Assembly (NCBI GenBank): GCA_964592525.1
Contig: CAZQFB010000001.1
Span: 1,212 to 65,211, forward strand
Reading direction: 5' to 3'
Source: an uncultured Candidatus Saccharibacteria bacterium
GTDB taxonomy: Bacteria > Patescibacteriota > WWE3 > CAZQFB01
DNA: 64,000 nt
The notes beneath the pieces were generated by a model. It was given only the letters and a program-made list of their open reading frames with translations, did not search any database and was not told the origin of the DNA. Below are positions 18,008 to 28,141 of the stretch, piece by piece. The position numbers and the translations under genes are program-made. Every line of letters begins with the position of its first letter. Position 1 is the first letter of the stretch.

Positions 18008-20635
18008 ATGCGATACTACCAACCGCCATTAATATACCGTTTGTTTTTAGGGTTAATTAACTTTCCTTATTGGTGGTATTTCAGTGGCTCTTTTTGGTTT
18101 TTTGCCTTTTTACTTAGGGTGACCATTGTCGTTGCTGATAAATGGGCTATCAGAACAACCGCACGATTACTTTTAAAGCCCCTTTACCGAGATTACACTG
18201 TAGTGGGGGTGGTGATTGGTCCGATTATTCGCTTTTTGAGGCTGGTGGTGAGTAGTTTGGCTTTGGCAGTGGTTTTATCTGGCTTAACCTTTATCTATTA
18301 TCTGTGGTTAGCCCAACCGTTATTAGCTCTGCTCGCTATAATGGCAGATAAACCCTTTCTTTTAGTTTTATCACTTGGAGTAATGTTAGGGGGGTTTATT
18401 TTCCAACTACATTATTATCTAAGACACCACTTTGAGCCAGTAAGCTCCCAACCTCATAATTTGTATGTTGCCTGTGTTTTACCTGTTCGGCAAATACTCA
18501 ACCGCAGTCAGACAGTCGGTGCGGTTTTTAAGCAATTACCTGGAAGTAGTACGGGTCGTAAGGTGTTAACACGTTTGTCCATAACAAGTGAGTTGCTTCA
18601 AGAGCTAGTGGAAAGTGAGATCGGTCAAAGGCAGTTTGATCCCTCAAAGATTAGCCCCCAACTACTGGAAATTAGTCGGGATTGGGAGAGTGAGTACATT
18701 GGGATTGCTGAATTATTAGCCGCTTTAGTGCTTCATGATGAAGCTTTAGGCGATTTTTTGCAGACCAAAGAGCTAGATTTAGCTTTGTTAAAGGAGGTTG
18801 CGCGCTGGCTGATTCAAGAAGAAAGTTATTTCCACCCCCCCTCTATTTTTAGCGGGAGGTATGAACTAAGGACTCGCGGTGGGGTGAATAAATCTTGGTG
18901 TGCGCGACCTACCCCAGTGCTTGATAAGTATAGTGAGGATTTAACGAAAAAAGTTGAGCTGGGGTATCACCCACCCATAATTGCTAAAGAAAAAGTGATC
19001 GGGGATATTGTTAAGGTTTTATCACGGGCGACTGATGCTAATGCTTTAGTTTTAGGTAACGCTGGGAGTGGTAAAAGCTCGGTGTTGCTTGGTTTAGCCG
19101 AGATGATTATTGACGGTGATCCCCCGCCCGAACTGTGGGATAAAAGGATTGTCGTTTTGAATTCAGCTTCTCTTAGTGCAGGAACCAGAAGTCGGGGGGA
19201 GGTAGAGGCGAGGGTGAAAACCGTGGTGTCAGAAATTAAGCAAGCGGGTAATGTGATTTTAGCTATTGAAGAAATTCATACCTTTTTAAGTACTGGTGAA
19301 CAGGCGGAATTATCCCCTGTCTTTTCGGTCTTGGAAGCTTACCTAGAAGATAAGAATTTGAGTATTATTGGTACTAGTTCTTATGTGCAATATCATAAAT
19401 ATATTGAAGCGAACAATGCATTTGCTCGGCACTTTCATTTAGTGGAGTTAGCAGATGCAACTGAAGAACAAACTGCCGAGTTATTAAAGTACAAGGCTTT
19501 ATTATTAGAAAAAGAATACCCGGTTCAGATTAGTTATCCTGCCTTAGAAGAAGCCATTACTCTTTCCGATCGCTATATCCATGAACGAGTTTTCCCGGAT
19601 AAAGCTATTGATTTGCTGGAGTCGGCAGTGGTTCAAGTAGAAAAAAGTAAACCCCACGTGCTTATTACCAAAGCCCAGCTCATGGAAGCTGCCGCCGAAA
19701 GAGCACATATCCCCTTAGGGGTTATCTCGGCTGATGAGTCGGCCACTTTGCTGTCGTTGGAAAAAGCTTTACACAAAAGGGTAGTGGATCAGCGAGAGGC
19801 TATTGCCAAAGTGGCTGATATCTTGCGTCGTGCTCGGGTCGGTATTGTTGACAGTAGTAGACCAATTGGGTCTTTGTTACTGGTGGGACCAACTGGGGTG
19901 GGTAAAACAGAAATTGCCCGTGCTTTAGCCCGTGAATACTATGGTAGTGAAGAGGTGATGATCCGTTTGGATATGTCTGAATATCAAGAGCCTAGTAGTG
20001 TTTATCGGTTGATTGGGGCGCCTTTGGGTAAGGGTGAAACGGAAGGATTTTTGACTGAAGCTATTAGGCGTCGCCCTCATTCTTTAGTCTTGCTTGATGA
20101 GCTTGAAAAAGCCGAGAGGCATGTGCTCGATATCTTTTTGCAGGTTTTAGAAGATGGTCGCTTGAGTAGCGGTTCGGGTGTGGTGGTTGATTTTACCAAC
20201 GCTTTGATTATTGCGACCTCTAATGTGGGTGCCGATTTAATTCTGCGGACGGTGCGGAGTGGTTTAAGCCTAGAGAGTATTAAGTTACGTTTAGAAAGTT
20301 TATTAAATCAAGCATTTAGACCAGAATTTCTGAATCGGTTTGACGGTATTGTCTATATGAAAGCATTATCCAATAGGGAAATGGAAGAAATTGCCATTAT
20401 GATGCTGACTAAATTAGCAGACAGACTCAAAGAAAAGTATGACATTCAGTTGCAGTATCAGCCAGAGTTTATTGTGGCGTTAGCTAAAAAAGGATATGCT
20501 CCGGAGTTGGGGGCACGACCTTTAAGGCGCTTGATCCAGGATAAAGTTGAAGCTTATCTGGCTAAAGTGTTATTAGCTAAAGAAGTTCAACCGGGTGGTG
20601 TTATTGTGTTGGGTGCAGAATTATTAGTTGATTAA
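18008..20635 (+). CDS. ClpA/ClpC-like double AAA+ ATPase with an N-terminal polytopic membrane domain.
   Basis: About 170 N-terminal residues with four or more hydrophobic helices. D1 Walker A GNAGSGKSS and D2 Walker A GPTGVGKTE. Clp-type sensor and arginine-finger regions. Apparently no long M-domain coiled-coil. Confidence 0.75.
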   Translation: MRYYQPPLIYRLFLGLINFPYWWYFSGSFWFFAFLLRVTIVVADKWAIRTTARLLLKPLYRDYTVVGVVIGPIIRFLRLVVSSLALAVVLSGLTFIYYLWLAQPLLALLAIMADKPFLLVLSLGVMLGGFIFQLHYYLRHHFEPVSSQPHNLYVACVLPVRQILNRSQTVGAVFKQLPGSSTGRKVLTRLSITSELLQELVESEIGQRQFDPSKISPQLLEISRDWESEYIGIAELLAALVLHDEALGDFLQTKELDLALLKEVARWLIQEESYFHPPSIFSGRYELRTRGGVNKSWCARPTPVLDKYSEDLTKKVELGYHPPIIAKEKVIGDIVKVLSRATDANALVLGNAGSGKSSVLLGLAEMIIDGDPPPELWDKRIVVLNSASLSAGTRSRGEVEARVKTVVSEIKQAGNVILAIEEIHTFLSTGEQAELSPVFSVLEAYLEDKNLSIIGTSSYVQYHKYIEANNAFARHFHLVELADATEEQTAELLKYKALLLEKEYPVQISYPALEEAITLSDRYIHERVFPDKAIDLLESAVVQVEKSKPHVLITKAQLMEAAAERAHIPLGVISADESATLLSLEKALHKRVVDQREAIAKVADILRRARVGIVDSSRPIGSLLLVGPTGVGKTEIARALAREYYGSEEVMIRLDMSEYQEPSSVYRLIGAPLGKGETEGFLTEAIRRRPHSLVLLDELEKAERHVLDIFLQVLEDGRLSSGSGVVVDFTNALIIATSNVGADLILRTVRSGLSLESIKLRLESLLNQAFRPEFLNRFDGIVYMKALSNREMEEIAIMMLTKLADRLKEKYDIQLQYQPEFIVALAKKGYAPELGARPLRRLIQDKVEAYLAKVLLAKEVQPGGVIVLGAELLVD

Positions 20636-20676
20636 AGCCTTTTGCATTAATCAGTTCTGGCTGATATAAACCTCGT

Positions 20677-21699
20677 ATGCTGGAGATAAAACAACGAGCG
20701 GAACGGTTGCTGAATAGTTTTGATATTGCCGCTCTGCTTAAGGAATTAAAATCCTTGGAGACAGAAGCCCTTAAACCAAATTTTTGGAATGATTGGGAAT
20801 ATGCCCAAAACACAATGAAACAGCTTGGGGCGATTAAGAATGATTTAGACGAAGCCGAATTACTATCATTACTTATAAGTGAAGAAGACTGGGTGGAGTT
20901 GGAGCGGGAATGTAAGCGTTTAGAGGGGCGGTTATTATTAGGCGGTCCTTACGATAGGGGTTCTGCGGTGCTTTCTATTCATGCGGGTCAAGGTGGAACA
21001 GAAGCGATGGATTGGGCGGAAATGTTAAAGAGAATGTATTGGCGGTATGCCGAAAAAATGGCTTGGCAAGTTGAGGTCTTAGAGGAGATTAAAGGCGAAG
21101 AAGCAGGTGTGAAATCAATCTCATTAAAGATTAAGGGTACTCCTGCTTATGGTTACCTTAAAGGGGAATCAGGTACCCACCGCTTAGTACGACAATCTCC
21201 CTTTAATGCTGATAAGTTAAGGCAGACCTCTTTTGCTGGGGTTGAAGTCATCCCGGAGCTGGAAGAAACCAGTAAAATAGTTGAGATTGCCGATGAAGAG
21301 ATTGAACTGGACACTTTTCGTTCGTCTGGTCCTGGTGGTCAGAATGTTAATAAAGTGGAAACGGCAGTACGACTTAAACATCTACCAACTGGTATTGTTG
21401 TCAGTTCGCAAAAAGAAAGAACCCAACAACGAAACCGTGCTCTAGCGATGGCTCTGTTAAAAGGTAAGTTATTTGCCTTACGAGAACTGGAATCTCGGGC
21501 GAAAGAAAAAGAACTTAAGGGTGAGTATAAAATTGCTGGTTGGGGTAACCAAATTCGCTCTTATGTGCTCCATCCTTATAAATTGGTCAAAGATTTGCGC
21601 ACGGGTTGTGAATCGTCCCAGCCGGAGGCGGTTTTAGCCGGAGATCTACAGATCTTTATTGATGCTTATCTGCGGTGGTTTAATCTAGAGATTGAGTGA
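20677..21699 (+). CDS. prfB: Peptide chain release factor 2.
   Basis: GGQ motif ([10 protein letters not shown]) and the RF2-specific SPF motif (RQSPFNA). Uninterrupted 340-aa ORF, no +1 frameshift site. Confidence 0.85.
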   Translation: MLEIKQRAERLLNSFDIAALLKELKSLETEALKPNFWNDWEYAQNTMKQLGAIKNDLDEAELLSLLISEEDWVELERECKRLEGRLLLGGPYDRGSAVLSIHAGQGGTEAMDWAEMLKRMYWRYAEKMAWQVEVLEEIKGEEAGVKSISLKIKGTPAYGYLKGESGTHRLVRQSPFNADKLRQTSFAGVEVIPELEETSKIVEIADEEIELDTFRSSGPGGQNVNKVETAVRLKHLPTGIVVSSQKERTQQRNRALAMALLKGKLFALRELESRAKEKELKGEYKIAGWGNQIRSYVLHPYKLVKDLRTGCESSQPEAVLAGDLQIFIDAYLRWFNLEIE

Positions 21700-22189
21700 A
21701 AAACCTAGCTTAACCCGCTATAATATCTACGTGCCTGCTAACAAGACCCAACCAATTAGTCCTTTTAAAAACCTTTACTATCGTTTAGAAGCCTTGTCTA
21801 TGGGTCAGGTGCTGTTGCTTTTATTTATTATTGGTGTCCTTTTTTCTTTTTTGGGTTTGTCTGCGGGTCTCCTTTTTATTAATGACACGGCAGAACTTCT
21901 TCAAACAGAGGTTGCTGCGCCCAGGGTAGAAAAAGTGGCACTTACTAATGAACCAAGTGAGGTTGTGGGTGATTTGGTGCTTTCTGGTTTAGTTGAGAAA
22001 GTAGTGGGCAGTGCCGGCACTGCTTCTCATATTATTTTAGACGAAGCTGGGCAAACCCAGGCTTACTTGGTGGCTGATGATGCTAAACTGCAATTAATTG
22101 AGGGTACTAAAGTAGAGATTGTCGGTACCAGAGTTAATCAGGTGGAAGGACTGCCGTTGGTAAAAGTAGTAGAGGTGGTTTACCGATGA
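21692..22189 (+). CDS. Small bitopic membrane protein, unknown.
   Basis: One transmembrane segment ([24 protein letters not shown]). Overlapping-start operon with prfB and ftsE. Confidence 0.4.
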   Translation: MSEKPSLTRYNIYVPANKTQPISPFKNLYYRLEALSMGQVLLLLFIIGVLFSFLGLSAGLLFINDTAELLQTEVAAPRVEKVALTNEPSEVVGDLVLSGLVEKVVGSAGTASHIILDEAGQTQAYLVADDAKLQLIEGTKVEIVGTRVNQVEGLPLVKVVEVVYR

Positions 22190-22611
22190 TGCCTGAACAG
22201 GATTCCGGTGGTCTTTTTTACAAACCGTTTATGATCTTGGCAGCTGTTGTGGCGGTAACAGCTTTAGTTGGTATCTTTTATTTACTGGGGGCAGTTATTT
22301 TTAACCGACTTGGGGCCGAGTCAAAGCAAGCCTCAAAAATGGGTGGGGAAGAAGAACTGGTGTGGGCAAGTAGAAGGTTATCCAAATGTAATGAAAGTTG
22401 GCACTCTAAAGGCACAACCTTTGATAAATATGTTAAAAGCTTGGGAGTAGAGGTTTTAGAAAAAAAAGTCGTGGCAGATGATTTGGCAAAAATAATTGAT
22501 TGTTCTGGTTGTGAATGTCCGAGTGGGGAAGTAGTATTTGTTAAAGTGTATAATTATGCGTTAGCTGATCTGGTTGGTTTTGTGAAAAGCGGACCACCTA
22601 AGGAAAAATGA
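22186..22611 (+). CDS. Small bitopic membrane protein with a C-terminal CxxCxC motif, unknown.
   Basis: One transmembrane segment, then a soluble domain containing CSGCECPSGE. Confidence 0.4.
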   Translation: MMPEQDSGGLFYKPFMILAAVVAVTALVGIFYLLGAVIFNRLGAESKQASKMGGEEELVWASRRLSKCNESWHSKGTTFDKYVKSLGVEVLEKKVVADDLAKIIDCSGCECPSGEVVFVKVYNYALADLVGFVKSGPPKEK

Positions 22612-23285
22612 TTACTTATTATAATATTAGCAAAGAGTATCCAGATGGAACAATTGCGCTTCAGGATATCAATTTAGAGATTGATGAGGGGGAGTTTGTT
22701 TTGATAGTTGGTCCTTCTGGTGCTGGCAAATCTACTTTGTTTAAGTTGTTGGTTCGGGAGGAATTGCCTACCGTGGGGGAGATTTATCTGGGGGATTTAG
22801 TGGTTACTGATCTTAAAGAAAGGCACTTACCGAAATTAAGGAGAGAGGTAGGTATGATTTTCCAGGATTTTAAGTTGTTACCTAGTTTAACGGTTTCGGA
22901 AAATATTGCCTTCCCCCTTCAGGTGATGGGTAAAGCTAAACCTGAAATTGAGGAAATTGTGCCCGAAGTGTTGGATCTGGTTGGTTTGATTGACCGGTCT
23001 CATGTTTTCCCCAAACATTTATCGGGAGGCGAAAAACAAAAACTTTCCATTGCGCGAGCGATTTCCACCGAACCGAGTATTTTGGTTGCGGATGAGCCCA
23101 CTGGCAATATAGATTATGATTCTACTTGGGCGGTAATTGAGCTACTGACAAAAATTAATGATTTGGGTACTACGGTGGTATTGACAACCCATGACCCAGA
23201 AATAGTTGAGAAGTTAAATAAAAGAGTGGTTTCCATAGATAAAGGACGGATCATTGCTGATCAGAAGGAAAAAAGTAAAAAATGA
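22608..23285 (+). CDS. ftsE: Cell-division ABC ATPase FtsE.
   Basis: Walker A GPSGAGKST, ABC signature LSGGEKQK, Walker B ILVADEPTG. Followed by ftsX. Confidence 0.85.
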   Translation: MITYYNISKEYPDGTIALQDINLEIDEGEFVLIVGPSGAGKSTLFKLLVREELPTVGEIYLGDLVVTDLKERHLPKLRREVGMIFQDFKLLPSLTVSENIAFPLQVMGKAKPEIEEIVPEVLDLVGLIDRSHVFPKHLSGGEKQKLSIARAISTEPSILVADEPTGNIDYDSTWAVIELLTKINDLGTTVVLTTHDPEIVEKLNKRVVSIDKGRIIADQKEKSKK

Positions 23286-24151
23286 TTTCTTTAAGAAGAG
23301 CGTTTCAATATATTTTACGCAATAAAGGTTTATCGTTCGTTGCCGTTGTGGTTATGGCTTCTGCTTTTTTTGTTACTTCTGTGTTTGCGGTTGCCTCTTA
23401 TGGTTCATATCGGTTGCTTGATTATTTTGAGTCTCAAGCCCAAGTGACCGGCTTTTTTAAGGATGAGGCGACAGAAGCGGATATTTTGAGTATCAAAAGT
23501 AGTATTGAAGCGACTGGCTTGGTGGAAACAGCAACTTACGTTTCAAAGGAAGAAGCTCTTAATATTTATGTCAACCGGTTTAATGAAGACCCTGCTTTAT
23601 TGGAATCAATCGCAGCTAATATTTTGCCAGCCAGCTTAGATATCCGGGCGAAGGATTCAGAGGATTTACCGCAAATTGCACAGCTGTTGAAAGCCGAGGT
23701 GTTGGTAGAGGATGTTTCCTTCCGTGAGGATATTTTGGAGAAACTCCTTAAGATCACCAAAGGTGCCCAGTTGATTCAGGTCATCTTAGTCATCTTGCAG
23801 CTCTTTTCCACCACTTTTATGGTATTGATAACTATTGCTTTGGTTATTCAGTACCGGCGTGATGAGATTGAAATTATGCGGTTAGTTGGTGCTACTCGTC
23901 GCCAAGTCGCTTTGCCCTTTATTTTGCAGGCCATTTTTTACGGTTTATTGGGGGCGTTGTTTTCGGCAGCGGTGATTGTGCCGGCTTTGCCACAAGTGAT
24001 GCCAACATTTGAAATTACTTTTTTGAGTGCGCCTCTGTTAGAGATAGTTACCCCCTACTTATTAGTGTGGGTTATGGTTGGCAATATCGTACTAGGGTTG
24101 AGTTTGGGTGCTTTGGGGGGGTTTCTAGCAACTTGGCGTTTTTTGAAGTAA
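23282..24151 (+). CDS. ftsX: Cell-division permease-like FtsX.
   Basis: FtsX topology: N-terminal transmembrane segment, a periplasmic domain, then three C-terminal transmembrane segments. Genomic context fits. Confidence 0.75.
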   Translation: MISLRRAFQYILRNKGLSFVAVVVMASAFFVTSVFAVASYGSYRLLDYFESQAQVTGFFKDEATEADILSIKSSIEATGLVETATYVSKEEALNIYVNRFNEDPALLESIAANILPASLDIRAKDSEDLPQIAQLLKAEVLVEDVSFREDILEKLLKITKGAQLIQVILVILQLFSTTFMVLITIALVIQYRRDEIEIMRLVGATRRQVALPFILQAIFYGLLGALFSAAVIVPALPQVMPTFEITFLSAPLLEIVTPYLLVWVMVGNIVLGLSLGALGGFLATWRFLK

Positions 24152-24160
24152 GCTATCACC

Positions 24161-25369
24161 ATGAGATTTAACAAACGGGTCTTTTTACCTTTATTTTTAA
24201 TTGGGGTGGTCTTGGTGGCCTTTTCTCCAAGTATTGCTACGGCAGCGTTTAGAGTGGGTGCTAGTGATGATCTTGAGGACTTGCAGGAAGATTTCCAAGG
24301 TTTAATTGAAGAAGAACAGCGTTTACGGCAGAAGTTGGAGGAAGTAGGGCAGGAGAAGGTCTCTTTAGAAAATCAGGTGGAGTATATTGATGGTTCTATC
24401 CAGCTAACTACGGTAGAGATTAATCGTCTTCAATACCAAATTGCTGAAAAAGAAAAAGAACTGGGTGCTTTGGAAACCGACATTGGTACTTTGGAAGAGA
24501 GAATTAACCGTTTGGGAGAGGCGTTAGATTATCAGACGGCTATATTTAAGAGTAGAGCCACTGCTAGCTATAAAGCTTTAAGGTTAACCCCGCTGGAGAT
24601 ATTCTTAACCTCGGGGACGCCAGGGGAGCTGTTATCTTACGCTAAGTACCTCCAGAGGTTTGAAACTCAAGACCGTTATCTCCTCTGGGAGATGCGGGAT
24701 ATTTCCAAGGTTTATAACAACCAAAAAGATTTACTGCAGGCTAAAAAACAGCAGGTGGAGGATGTTAAGGAAGATATTGAGCTAAGTAAAGGCTCCATGG
24801 TGCAGAAGAAAGATAGCCTATCTGGTCAGAAACAGGCTAAAAGTGATTTGCTGGAAGTTACCAAAAGTGACGAAGCTATTTATCAACGCCAGTTAGAAGC
24901 GATCTTAGCTGAACAACAGGCTATTGAGAGTGCTATTTCTCGGTTCACCTCATCGTTAATAAATAACGGTGTGCCAGATGGTTCCGAGGTGAAAAGAGGT
25001 GATGTTATTGCTGTTCAGGGTAGTACTGGTCAATCTACGGGAGATCATGTTCACTTTGCTGTTTATGTTCCTTGTGGCGATAATTGGTGTCATACTAATC
25101 CTCAATCTTATATTGACTCTGGCAGGCTAAAGTGGCCTTTAGCTAGTTTTGAAATTAGCCAAGAATATGGCGAAACTGAATTTGCTCGAACTTCGGGTTT
25201 TTACGCAAACAATTTTCATAATGGTATTGATATTTATGGTCCGATTGGCTGTTCGGTGCTAGCGCCAGCGGATGGTGTAGCGGTTTATAGCCAAGATAGT
25301 GTTGGTGGTAAGGGTGTTTTGGTATATCATGATGAAGCTTTAATGAGCCTTATGTGGCACATACGGTAA
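24161..25369 (+). CDS. Coiled-coil M23 (LytM-type) peptidase, EnvC-like partner of FtsEX.
   Basis: Long N-terminal coiled-coil. C-terminal M23 motifs (GDVIAVQGSTGQSTGDHVHFAVY; HNGIDIY). Confidence 0.75.
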   Translation: MRFNKRVFLPLFLIGVVLVAFSPSIATAAFRVGASDDLEDLQEDFQGLIEEEQRLRQKLEEVGQEKVSLENQVEYIDGSIQLTTVEINRLQYQIAEKEKELGALETDIGTLEERINRLGEALDYQTAIFKSRATASYKALRLTPLEIFLTSGTPGELLSYAKYLQRFETQDRYLLWEMRDISKVYNNQKDLLQAKKQQVEDVKEDIELSKGSMVQKKDSLSGQKQAKSDLLEVTKSDEAIYQRQLEAILAEQQAIESAISRFTSSLINNGVPDGSEVKRGDVIAVQGSTGQSTGDHVHFAVYVPCGDNWCHTNPQSYIDSGRLKWPLASFEISQEYGETEFARTSGFYANNFHNGIDIYGPIGCSVLAPADGVAVYSQDSVGGKGVLVYHDEALMSLMWHIR

Positions 25370-25441
25370 CAATAATAATGAACTAGGAATTAGGATTTAA
25401 GAGAGAGTAAAGCATTTATTTCCCTGTCCAAGAACAATAAA

Positions 25442-26767
25442 ATGAAAAGTTTGTTGATTGCTGTATTGCTGATTGCTTTACAAGTAAATCCTGTTTTAGC
25501 CCATCAATATTCTGTCAAATTTTCAGAAATTGCCTGGATGGGTACCAATGCTTCTTCCTCTGATGAGTGGCTTGAGCTTTATAATAGCTCCTCGGAAACA
25601 GTGTCTCTTGAAGGCTGGGGAATCTACGAGTCGGGTGGCGAGGTGTTGGTTGAAGATTTACATGGTGAGATTGGGGGTGGATCCTTTTACCTGGTGGAAA
25701 GAACGAACAACGATACAGTATCAGATATTTCTGCTAGTCAGGAACCTTCCGGTTGGGGTGGGGGTGGTTTGGCTAACGACGGCGAAGATTTGGTAATTAA
25801 AGATAACGAAGGCAACATAGTTGATCGGGTGGATGCGTCAGAGGGTTGGTTTGCCGGGAGCAATACTACTAAAACCTCTATGGAAAGGGTGGATTATTCC
25901 TCTGCAGAATCTTCTGCCTGGCAGGAGAGTAGCGGTACTGTGGGTAAGGATGCTGAAGGCAACCCCATTTATGGCACTCCTGGCAAAGCCAACTCCAGTG
26001 GCGTGGTTAATCAAGATGAGGGGGAAGAAGAAGAGATAGAGGCTGAATCTGAAGAAGATGACGAAGCAGACACAGAAGCTTCGTCTGAAACCCTTCGCCT
26101 TAACGAGCTTATGCCAAATCCTACAGGGGATGATTCAGCTGAATATATTGAGCTTTTTAACTACGGGAATGAGGTGGTTAAATTGGTTGGTTGGGCGATT
26201 GGGGATGAAAGTAGTACCAAACGCTTGGATGCTATAACTGCAGAACAGAAGTGTGCGGCGGGGGATTATCTTGTTCTTTATAGATCCCAAGGAAGTATAA
26301 GTCTTAATAACGATGGGGATAAGGTCTATCTATTTGGTCCTGGGGGAGAGGTGGTAGATGAGGTGAGCTATCAAGATGTCGCTGAAGGGCAAGCTTATGC
26401 TTATGATGGTTTTTCATGGTTAGTGTCCCTGGCACCTACCCCCGGTCAGGTAAATGAGATGGTGTTTGAGGAAGAAGAGGAAACCAACACTCTCAATGAA
26501 GAAAGTGAGAGGGAGGCAGCAAAAGATGAAGTGACAACGACCACTGTGGCTAAGCCCACAGTGAAGGCTAAAGTAGTCCAGCCGGCTTCTTGGGATAATA
26601 TTGAATTGTTAACTCACGATTTGGTCAAAGGAGCGCAAACCTACCAGATAGGTGACAAACCACCAACCAATGAAAAACTTTCAACGAAGAGAGTTATGAT
26701 ATTGACCGTGTTTTTGGTTGGTATTGTGGGGGCTTTGGGGTACCTTAAATGGCGGGAAAAGCGCTGA
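25442..26767 (+). CDS. Surface protein with two lamin-tail (LTD) domains, an acidic linker and a C-terminal membrane anchor.
   Basis: Signal peptide. Two LTD cores (IAWMGTNASSSDEWLELYN..VSLEGW and LNELMPNPTGDDSAEYIELFNYG..VKLVGW). Linker EGEEEEIEAESEEDDEADTEASSE. C-terminal transmembrane segment VMILTVFLVGIVGALGYL. Confidence 0.65.
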   Translation: MKSLLIAVLLIALQVNPVLAHQYSVKFSEIAWMGTNASSSDEWLELYNSSSETVSLEGWGIYESGGEVLVEDLHGEIGGGSFYLVERTNNDTVSDISASQEPSGWGGGGLANDGEDLVIKDNEGNIVDRVDASEGWFAGSNTTKTSMERVDYSSAESSAWQESSGTVGKDAEGNPIYGTPGKANSSGVVNQDEGEEEEIEAESEEDDEADTEASSETLRLNELMPNPTGDDSAEYIELFNYGNEVVKLVGWAIGDESSTKRLDAITAEQKCAAGDYLVLYRSQGSISLNNDGDKVYLFGPGGEVVDEVSYQDVAEGQAYAYDGFSWLVSLAPTPGQVNEMVFEEEEETNTLNEESEREAAKDEVTTTTVAKPTVKAKVVQPASWDNIELLTHDLVKGAQTYQIGDKPPTNEKLSTKRVMILTVFLVGIVGALGYLKWREKR

Positions 26768-27704
26768 TATAGCTATATTGCAGTAGGATTAACACGCTAT
26801 AAAACATAACCAAAATAAAACCCTCGCTGGCGGTTAGCTTGTACTGGCTTCTTAAAAATAAACTGAACACAATCAGTACTAGGGTCCAAGTAATGGAAAT
26901 AAAAGCAATATACCCCGGATTGGTGGGGGTGATGGGGCTAATTAACGCTACCATTCCGAGTACTAGGCAGGAATTAGTGACCACACTGCCTAAAATATTA
27001 CCTAGCGCTAGGCCACTTTCTCTTTTTCTCACGGCGTAAAGTTCAAACGTTAGTTCAGGTAAGGTGGTACCAAAAGCCACAATGGCTGCGCCAATTACAA
27101 CGATTGGTATTTGTAACAGCTCCGCCATATTTGAGGCGGCTAGGACTAAGTAATGGGCGCTAAAAACCAGGACCACCATTTCCAGACCGAATTTAATAAG
27201 ATAGTAGCCGAGTGAATGAATGTTTTCTTCGTGGTTGAATTTTTTGGAAAAGCTTTCCCTTTGTGACATTAAGCGATAGAGATAAAGAAGGAAGAGTATT
27301 AATAAGGCGATGCCGTCGGAGCGGGAAAGTGTAGCATCAGCTAGTAGAATAATAGGCATCATGCTTAGGATAATGGTATAGAAAAGATCACGATTGCGTA
27401 TTTTACTTTCAATTCTCAAGCCATTGGCGAGTAGTGCGGGCAGCCCAATAACTAAAGTTAAGTTAATAATATTGGCCCCCAGAACCATTCCCAAAGCCAG
27501 GTTGGGTTTATTTTCTAAGGCTGAATTAATTCCCACGGTGAGTTCCGGTAGGGAGGTGGCTATAGCCATTAAGATGAAAGCGGCAGTAAATTCCGAAAGC
27601 TTAAAAAATACAGCTAGCTTGGTTAAGGTTTGGATAGCGGAAGTCGCACTTTTGATCAAGATGACTAACACCGTAATAAACAAACCTAGTTGCAGCCCAA
27701 GCAT
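26745..27704 (-). CDS. CaCA-family cation/Ca2+ exchanger (YrbG-like).
   Basis: Two alpha-repeat regions (GNS..ELTVGINSAL and TTLPELTFELYAV..GNILGS). About 10 transmembrane segments. Confidence 0.7.
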   Translation of the reverse strand: MLGLQLGLFITVLVILIKSATSAIQTLTKLAVFFKLSEFTAAFILMAIATSLPELTVGINSALENKPNLALGMVLGANIINLTLVIGLPALLANGLRIESKIRNRDLFYTIILSMMPIILLADATLSRSDGIALLILFLLYLYRLMSQRESFSKKFNHEENIHSLGYYLIKFGLEMVVLVFSAHYLVLAASNMAELLQIPIVVIGAAIVAFGTTLPELTFELYAVRKRESGLALGNILGSVVTNSCLVLGMVALISPITPTNPGYIAFISITWTLVLIVFSLFLRSQYKLTASEGFILVMFYSVLILLQYSYISAFPAI

Positions 27705-27757
27705 AGCATAATTATCAAGTATCTTATGATGCTTAGCAAACCCCCAAGCTTGTTATA

Positions 27758-28141
27758 ATGCAAAGTATGCGTTTAATGTTGTTATATTACTTACCGTTGC
27801 TTGGCTGGTTAGGCGTGATTTATTACCTTTCTAGCTTACCTGGATTAGCGGTTAGTACGGGCTGGACTGATTTTATGCTGCGTAAAGGGGCTCATTTTGT
27901 TGAATATCTCGTACTGTGTCTGCTTATTTATCGGCTATTAGCTAGACACGCGTTGTTTTCTAGATATCGGTTATGGGTGGCTTTGTTTTTAACAGCTATT
28001 TACGCCGCGAGTGATGAGTATCACCAGTCGTTAGTGCCTACCCGCTCTGGTAACCTGACTGATTGGTGGCTGGATACTACGGGGGCTTTAGCGGGAGCGG
28101 GAGTTATCAAATATGGACAAGTGGATTCATTTATCAAGTGA
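27758..28141 (+). CDS. VanZ-like family membrane protein.
   Basis: Four transmembrane helices and a VanZ-like core (YAASDEYHQSLVPTRSGNLTDWWLDTTGA). Confidence 0.55.
   Translation: MQSMRLMLLYYLPLLGWLGVIYYLSSLPGLAVSTGWTDFMLRKGAHFVEYLVLCLLIYRLLARHALFSRYRLWVALFLTAIYAASDEYHQSLVPTRSGNLTDWWLDTTGALAGAGVIKYGQVDSFIK

Noticed and set aside
20677-21699. Programmed +1 frameshift in prfB.
   Set aside because: The ORF is continuous from a canonical RF2 N-terminus through GGQ. No internal in-frame TGA with an upstream Shine-Dalgarno-like element is present.
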